Made by a program: the position numbers and the translations under genes | Notes under the pieces: generated by a model | What the model was told of the DNA's origin: nothing | The model's input: the letters and a program-made list of their open reading frames with translations, nothing else | Database searches by the model: none | In this document: piece by piece, positions 56,128-64,000 of the stretch | Position numbering within the stretch: position 1 is the stretch's first letter | Layout: each line of letters begins with the position of its first letter | Source of the DNA: Eledone cirrhosa | Taxonomy: Eukaryota | Direction of reading: 5' to 3' | NCBI GenBank assembly: GCA_964016885.1 | Contig: CAXHJY010001285.1 | Coordinates: 42,157-106,156 of the forward strand | DNA: 64,000 nt

Positions 56128-56133
<6 letters not shown>
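53781..56133 (+). mobile_element. Second, 5'-truncated copy of the same PLE in inverted orientation
   Basis: Reverse complement of 48857-51213. ORFs 53648-54847 and 54962-55543 are separated by one in-frame TAA. 1-nt deletion near 55513. Ends at (TA)n. Confidence 0.93.
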
Positions 56134-56185
<52 letters not shown>

Positions 56186-56362
56186 ATGTGCTCACCTAGT
56201 GTCGCTTGATAGAATCTAGCCGTATCAATGGGAGATGATTGCTTCTAGTAGATTCGTAGGAATGCGCGCAGCGTGCTCCAGGACTCTGCCCTCGCGTCCC
56301 TACCAGGAAAATGTGGGCGAAGAAGATAGAGAGAGAGAGAGAGTGGGAGAGCGTTATATACA

Positions 56363-57107
56363 TCAAGCTATTTAAACGTATGTTATAACTCTGAGACCTA
56401 TCTTATCGAGTGATTTGCTAACTCATCACTTCATATAAGTAGGCCGAATTTACTTGCAAACCGCCAGAGATTCGATTTTACTGATTTCCAATTATATTAA
56501 TATCCTAGATTTAATAATTAACCAATTAATTTAATTGGAAAATTATGTTGATTGGTTAATTATTTGTGTTAGTTTTATAACATCAAGTCGAGAGCTTATC
56601 ATGATGATTAGCGGAAATTAAAATATTTCCATTCGCTAGCATTTGAATTGACCCGCTAAAAACCAGGGGTTATTTCCCTTGCCGGAATTAACACGTGATA
56701 ACTATAGATTCGATTAGCAGCTATACGAGCGGCAACATATGATATCACTCCTGATTCTAAGCAGAACGAAAACCTGTTGATAAACTGAGTCCTCTGTTCA
56801 GTCACCAATACCACGACCTTGCAATTCAAGTAAGTCTGATATTTGATTTCGGATTCAGAGAAACACTTTAAACGTATCCCCGTTTGATTTGTCCAGGTGT
56901 ATTTTTCTCAACCTGATTAGTTCTATAGTTCCTTTGGTATATATTGTGTGTTAGTTTAGCCTATCACAATGTTCGATTTGTCAAGCTATTTAAACGTATG
57001 TTATAACTCTGAGACCTATCTTATCGAGTGCTTTGCTAACTCATCACTTCATATAAGTAGGCCGAATTTACTTGCAAACCGCCAGAGATTCGATTTTACT
57101 GATTTCC

Positions 57108-57115
<8 letters not shown>
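56363..57115 (+). repeat. Partial-tandem non-coding element: 135 bp direct repeats (56363-56497, 56981-57115), period 618 bp
   Basis: Near-identical direct repeats; body homologous to 5651-6165; ends at (TA)n. Confidence 0.88.
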
Positions 57116-57155
<40 letters not shown>

Positions 57156-57277
57156 ATAATAATAAATTTGAAGACTAATATCCAAAGAGGGCTCGATAAG
57201 GATAAATATATATCAAATATATAAGAACCGTAGATCGATTCTTTGCTTAAACTTTAATCTGTTATTTTAATAAATAA

Positions 57278-57458
<181 letters not shown>

Positions 57459-58019
57459 TTTAAATTGGATGGTTTATCTCTGGGTAGAATTGGTCATTCT
57501 ACATTGTTAATCATGGCGTAATATGGAAAGAGCACTCGACGTCATGTAGCACATCCATCTCTGATGTTGAATTATATTGGTGGTGCGAGAATGGAATAAA
57601 TATATTATAAAGTGAAATGAAAGGAGGCCAAAAATGTTGAATTTATTTCTGCAAACACTATGCACATTTCAGTGGCCATGTTGCGTAAGAACCTGGTGAC
57701 ATCTTCAGGTGTAAATTGATTAATAGATGTATACCAACGGAGGGAAGGTATATTTTAAGGAGACAAGCAAAGAAAAAGCAGAGAAGAAGAAATGTGTGTA
57801 TGTTTTTTTTTTGTTTTTGACTCAGAGGCGAACGTGGCAGCATGTTCTTATGCATTCAAGCATACATACATACTTACAGACATATATACATCTAAAAAAT
57901 ACCTGTATCAATCTCCAGCATATATGCTACCTCAACATTCCTGCTTAGCCAAGCGTAGTTAAGCATCATATAAACATTAAGTAGTACTTAATTCCTTTGA
58001 TGTACCATGGGGCTTTTTA

Positions 58020-58181
58020 ATAATTATTTGGCATAAGGCCAGTGCATTACTGGTACTTTATTTTATCGACCCATAAGGATGAAAGGCAAAGTTAACCTCG
58101 GTGGGATTTGAACTCAAACCATAAAGGGGAGCAACTCTATGTTGCAAAGCATGGCGTCCAACCCTCTATCGATACTGCCAT
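58020..58181 (-). mobile_element. SINE family A, diverged
   Basis: Family core, B-box and A-box. Confidence 0.85.
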
Positions 58182-58741
58182 AAATCTACAAATTATTAAC
58201 AGAACTGTAATTTTGCTCTGATTGGTTTATGAATTTTTGTAGTAAAGCACCTTATCTTGCTCTTCTCTAGAGATGGGACTGATAGGATATAACTTACCAT
58301 GACTCAACAAATATAACTCTCCATATATTATACATTCGCTTTGATAAGGATTAAACTGGAAATCAGCGCTTCATTGCATTGCATTGCATTGCATTACCGT
58401 ACGTATATAATATGTATGACAAGGTACATACGTTTTACTATTTAAAGATTTAACATGAATATAATATAAATTCATAACAAATGTTGACATATTTAGACAG
58501 GAATATTGAATGAAAATAGGAGTGATTACCTCGGAATACGCTAACATAAATATGACTCCAGTATTTATTCATTAACTTAAATGAAATATTGTAGGTTTGC
58601 TTTCAGAGTCTAAATTATGGGTGACTAGCTGAATTTTTTATTATCAATTTGTTGTACATTCTTGTATTAATGATTCCGATATTGAATTTAAAACATTCTA
58701 GCTAGGACAAAGGTATTGTGATGAAACCTACTTAAATATAT

Positions 58742-58925
58742 AATTGTTTCTACTTTTGGCACAAGGCCAGCAATTATCCCAGTGCATTACTGGTACTTTA
58801 TTTTATCGACCCCGTAAGGATGAAAGGCAGAGTTAACTTCGGCGGGATTTGAACTCAGACCATAAAGGGCCGTAACTCTTTTCTACAAAGCATGGTCTCC
58901 GACGCTCTACTGATACTGCCAAGCT
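58742..58925 (-). mobile_element. SINE family A
   Basis: Family core, B-box and A-box. Confidence 0.88.
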
Positions 58926-59885
58926 ACCATTTGATTTAACCATTTACCAACTGATAATGTTTCAAAATACAAATATTATATTCAGCCTATTCCGTTTAAA
59001 ATTAGTTCAAAAATTAAATTAAATATCTTATCTTTTCTTCGGAGCATTGAGGAATCGCTGAAACATCGAGTTTCCTGAATAACTCAAGACATGCAGTTAA
59101 CTGATTTATTGGTGAGATGTTACTATTGTTTATTAGATTATAGTATAAACAAACATGTACACAGACGCATGTAATTCTTTTATTTATTTTTCTGGCACTC
59201 AAATAGTTTTAACAAAACAGAATTTGAAAGGAATTATTCGCATAGATTAGTTATACTTCTTCTCAGATTTCCTTTACATTTGTAAGTAGTTCTCATAAAT
59301 TTTACAATTACTTTCTCGATTTAAATAGCAAGAAAAGTACTTTTCAAGTATCGAGAGGAAATAAATTTTAAAACGCAAATCTGTAGGCTAAGCTTTGCTC
59401 TATCTAAATATAGAAGCAAATTCTAATTTGTGCGAGATGAATAAGATTTACTAGCAAATTGTTCACTAGGTAAATTCTGTTACCATATTTACGCAAATTA
59501 TCCTTAGCAACAAGAAACAATTGAAGAGAAACAGAATGGGATTTGAAATATTTTATTCATATATTCGAAAGTATACTAGCGTACATGGTCTTCACATGGC
59601 TGAAATTAAACTGATCGATGATTTTGCTGTTCTGGAAAGCAAGATCCAGAGACCCGAAGATTTGGCCAATTTATAATGGACGAAAATATTAGTGCGGGGC
59701 TTGAAAGGATTAACAGAATATGGGGTATAAAAGGAGGATAATATAGTAAGTCGGGAGTGTCTGGATTCATTGGACCACAGCACCTGGTCAGTTCATCTCT
59801 CATGACATTTTCGTCGATGCCTGCCCTAGCGTCCCGAACAGTTTTAATTTCCGTAAACGATCAAAATGGTGTAAACTCACTCGGG

Positions 59886-60900
59886 ACGAACTTGCCGCTC
59901 TCTGCTCCCTCAGAAGCCACATCGGCATCGTCATCAAACGGGCGGACCAGAGCGGCACCTTGGGGATGTGACTCGCCCACCTCTACATGACGGAGGTTCT
60001 ACGACAGCTTGTTAACCTCCTCTTCTACCGTCTCCCCTCCTCCGATCCTACCCTTCAATATCAGCAACAAGTATCCTCCACCGTACAACACCTCATCACC
60101 TTCTCCCTTCTACGCCCACCACTACCAACCTCAGCGTCCACACACCACGTAAGCTGATATTTTCTTCTCAAAACCCACAAACTCGATACCCTTGGCCGCC
60201 TCATCATCTCCACCAGTAACTAACCCATCGAACTCATCGATCCCTCATCACATCCGCCTTCTTTAAACTTACTAGCTCCCTCTTTTACCTTTATTTCACC
60301 TCATCCCAACCCACGCACAAAAAACTCTACATCACCTGCTTTCAATTTTTCCGACTTCACCGCCAATGCAGCCGAACCCAGGACTTTCAGGCTCCGGCCC
60401 ATTCCTTGTCAGGGTACTTCACTCGATGGGTTTACTCCACTCTAGTCCACGCCTCTCTCTTGCGTGCTCTTACTGCCGACCACACCACCGCCCTCACTCC
60501 ACGCCTTCGCACCCCCACCAACTAGCACACTTTCTCCCGTACCTACCACCCCTCCAACTTGTCTATCCAGAGGACGGTCCTGCAGCTCTTCCACCGCCTC
60601 CGATCGGATCCCTCCATATCCCCTATCTTCTAACTCCCACCCTCCCCGCTTTCAAGCACACAACCACGGAAACTTCATCGTCAGAGGACAGACAATGTGT
60701 CGATTGCAGGACCGATTCACCGCTTACCTCCACAATATCCGCCTCGGCAGCCGGTCATTAGTCTCCCGACACTCCGCTCCACCACATACTCCCTCCGCAA
60801 CCTCACCCTCTGTGGCCTTATTGCGTGCTCCTGAGCCCCGGGAACCCACCTGAGACATGATCAGCGCACTATTCTCTTCTCCTGACCTAGACCGAAAATG
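59886..60900 (+). mobile_element. Highly decayed Neptune-type PLE (RT N-terminus and GIY-YIG remnants, internal deletion)
   Basis: ALCSLRSHIGIVIKRADQSG..LYMTEVLRQL, SSDPTLQYQQQV, KTHKLDTLGRLIIS, GQTMCRLQDRF..NIRLGSRSLVSRH. Confidence 0.72.
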
Positions 60901-61961
60901 GACTAAATTCCCCACCCAAATGCCTTTAGTTCTTGACCTCACACAGCAAAAGGTCCACAACCAAACTACATACACTTACATAATCTATACCATTTACTCA
61001 TACACTCCACACATCCTTTGTCTTTACCCCACACATCACCAACTAATCAACTAACGGACCACAACACCCTCCCACCACTAACACAAGAACCTCTTCTACC
61101 TCCACTCTCCACCGCTCTATACCCCAGCCACATATACCCAACACCATTAACTACGTACAACCCAGCCTACCACCGCTTTCAACCCGGCATCACCATACAC
61201 ACGCAAACGTACATATCCATGTGTTTAGATACAATAGAAAAAAGTGGCACAAACATAGTGGGGGAGAGGGTGTGCGAGATAGAGATAGCTAGATAAAGTC
61301 TGTTGGCTTGACTTTATTTTGATGTCATAAAAGAACCACCTCTCTTTCACACAAACTCCCTCACTCTCTCACTGGGCTTCTCTCTCAACACCGACGATCA
61401 CCTTTTCCCTATCTTACATATATGATATGACGTACATGCAGACGGAGAAACAGCTTCTCTTTTATAATATAGATATACTTTTTAAACTAATTACTTACAT
61501 CATAATTATAATTATTACCTCTTCGTAACCAGATACATTTTACGACTCTTCTTGCTTTTTTAAACTATTTAATTTGTGTAATTATTTATCATTGGGTTTT
61601 CTCCTCGTTGTAATCTTCGTAAACTCTATTGTCGTTATAAACTTTACACTACAAATATGTATACCCTATCAGAGATTCCTCTTCATGCTACGCTGATACC
61701 GTATATACGTCAACCCCGAATCACACCACCCCCAGTCTCTTCTCCCCATCGGATTATATACTCACGCTATGCTGGCCCGTGTTTTTTTGTACTTTGTACT
61801 CCGTATTCCATATGTATATCTGCATTTATATCTATATGCTACAATCTGTTTTGTTTTGCTTGCTACCTACAACACTACATGCTGGTCGTACCATGTTAAA
61901 TTTACAATGTTTTCCTAATGTGTAAAGATATTTTAGATGGTTACGTCATGGTACCCTGCAT

Positions 61962-62172
61962 TAATTAGCAGTATCAGTAGAGCGTCGGACACTATGCTTT
62001 GCAGCATAGAGTTACGCCTCTTTATGATCTGAGTTCAAATCCCGCCGAGGTTATCTTTGCCTTTCATCATTAAGGGGTAGATAAAATAAAGCACCAGTAA
62101 TGCACTGGGGTCGATTTAATCGACTTTCCCCTCCCCCTAAAATTGCTGGCATTGTGCCTATAATAGAAATCA
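61962..62172 (+). mobile_element. SINE family A, long variant
   Basis: Carries an extra GTCGATTTAATCGACTTTCCCCTCCCCCTAA segment before ATTGCTGGC. Confidence 0.85.
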
Positions 62173-63505
62173 TTAATTGTACCATGTGTCATGTACTCCA
62201 TCAATTCAAGAACCGCATGAGTGTACCCACATACGTATGTATATCGACATGTTTATATTACCTGCATGCACATTGTGATATTGGTTTTTTTCATATTACT
62301 TGCCATGTAGTGCTATGTTTTGTCAGATATACAGTCGTATATGCGGGTCTTTTGCGAACAGGTGAACGACTATATATGTGTCTGTGGTTCTTATTATTTT
62401 CACACTGCATCACTTTTGTTTTCCTGCCTATAACCATAATAGTAATTATATCTCCATCTTTATCCTTACCATTAATTTATCTATTTATTTTATTAATCAG
62501 CATCGATATTTCCTTTCTTCGATATCTCTACCCATTCGTGTTTAAATCCTTTTTAAATCCTTTATATTTATGTTCTATTTAGTCTAGTGTTCCGGTCACA
62601 CAGTCCATTCTTCTAATTTGATTAGGTTGCTGTGACTGGTTATGTTGTTGTTGTTATAATTATCTCTGTAGTTATGACTGTCTATTGCTGTTGTTACTAA
62701 AATTATCAATATTATTATCTTTGTTGTTACGATGATGGTTGATAGTGTTGTTGTTATGGCTATCAATACAACTGCTGTTGTGGTTATTATTGTCGTCTTT
62801 ATCATTACTAATGTTGTTGCTATTATATAGTGCTGTTTAGCTTTAGTTGTAGTTGTATTGGCTGGCTATTGTTGTTAAAATTGTATTATTATCACTACTG
62901 CTGCGGTAGTGGTTTTAATGCTGTGGTTATTGCTGTTGTTGTTGTTGTCTCGTCTGTAGGTCTCATCGCAGTGGTTATATCACCCACCCTCAGAGTTTTT
63001 ATTACACCCCACTATCTAACGAAATTCAGCAGCCAGTTACACAGACTAAATGTCTGGAATTCGTACCCCTGCATAGATGAGAAAGATATTCTTTTAGTAA
63101 AAGACAACCTCGAGTCTATGGAGGCGGGCAGACTATCTAATTGACACGGACTTAACGCCTCGGTCCACAAATTGTGAACCCAACAGCTGGAAGGACATTT
63201 TAATTGCTCATGTCTACCGGGCACTCAATAAGTAGGACGAGTTTTTTTACTACGACATATCACATAATCAGATTTTAATCTGAAGATATTGTTCCGATAC
63301 CAACAACAGATGCATACGTTACATCGTGGATTGCATAAGGGAGACGCTGAAATAATTATATAGAATAAATAAATGATGTAACATCAGCATCATTCTTAAT
63401 GTTATTCTCATACTGAATAGCCATCGTTACTACGAGCTACGAATGTAGAGAGCTTTCTCTTGCTTATTATATTTTTTACCAAAACAACTGTTACTGAACA
63501 CACAC

Positions 63506-63578
<73 letters not shown>

Positions 63579-63797
63579 TAAGTATACATATATACATGTA
63601 TATATATAAATTAAAACAGAAAACAAAAACTATAATGAAGAGTGCAGTACGAATTGTTACGCTTGAGAGTGGGGGTCATATATATATATATATACTAGAC
63701 CACGCGTTACCCGTTGGGTCACATTCTCTTAAAAATAATTTTTAAATAATCAAAGTATACACAGACATGTATATATGTGAAATATAAACGGAGTGTC

Positions 63798-63857
<60 letters not shown>

Positions 63858-63859
63858 AG

Positions 63860-63916
<57 letters not shown>

Positions 63917-64000
63917 CTATATATATATATATGTGTGGGTGTTCTGTGATATATATATACACTGGTCATAGACACACACACATATACACACACATATATA

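Overview
AT-rich, microsatellite-dense eukaryotic DNA. The tRNA-derived SINEs and repeat landscape look like a coleoid cephalopod, probably an octopod (inference). I found no host protein-coding gene; most ORF-track hits are (TA)n/(TG)n/(AAC)n artefacts. The window is a nest of retroelements. It holds the 5' part of a decayed L1/Tx1-type LINE (1-3.8 kb), about a dozen SINE copies, RTE relics, a MITE and an internally deleted CsRn1-type Gypsy element that keeps a -1 frameshift site. It is dominated by Penelope-like elements (PLEs) of at least three types: Hydra-type, Neptune-type and a Nematis/Neptune-like family. One Hydra-type PLE (13.46-18.23 kb) is nearly intact, with two almost identical pseudo-LTRs and a single 1-nt frameshift in its RT+GIY-YIG ORF. 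The most notable pattern is non-coding. About 15 type-I hammerhead ribozyme motifs (intact to decayed) lie in pLTR ends next to (TA)n tracts, and repeated tail-out foldback insertions carry inverted arms from 110 bp to about 2.3 kb. Clade names come from motifs recalled from the literature, not from a search, and all pairings were read by eye.
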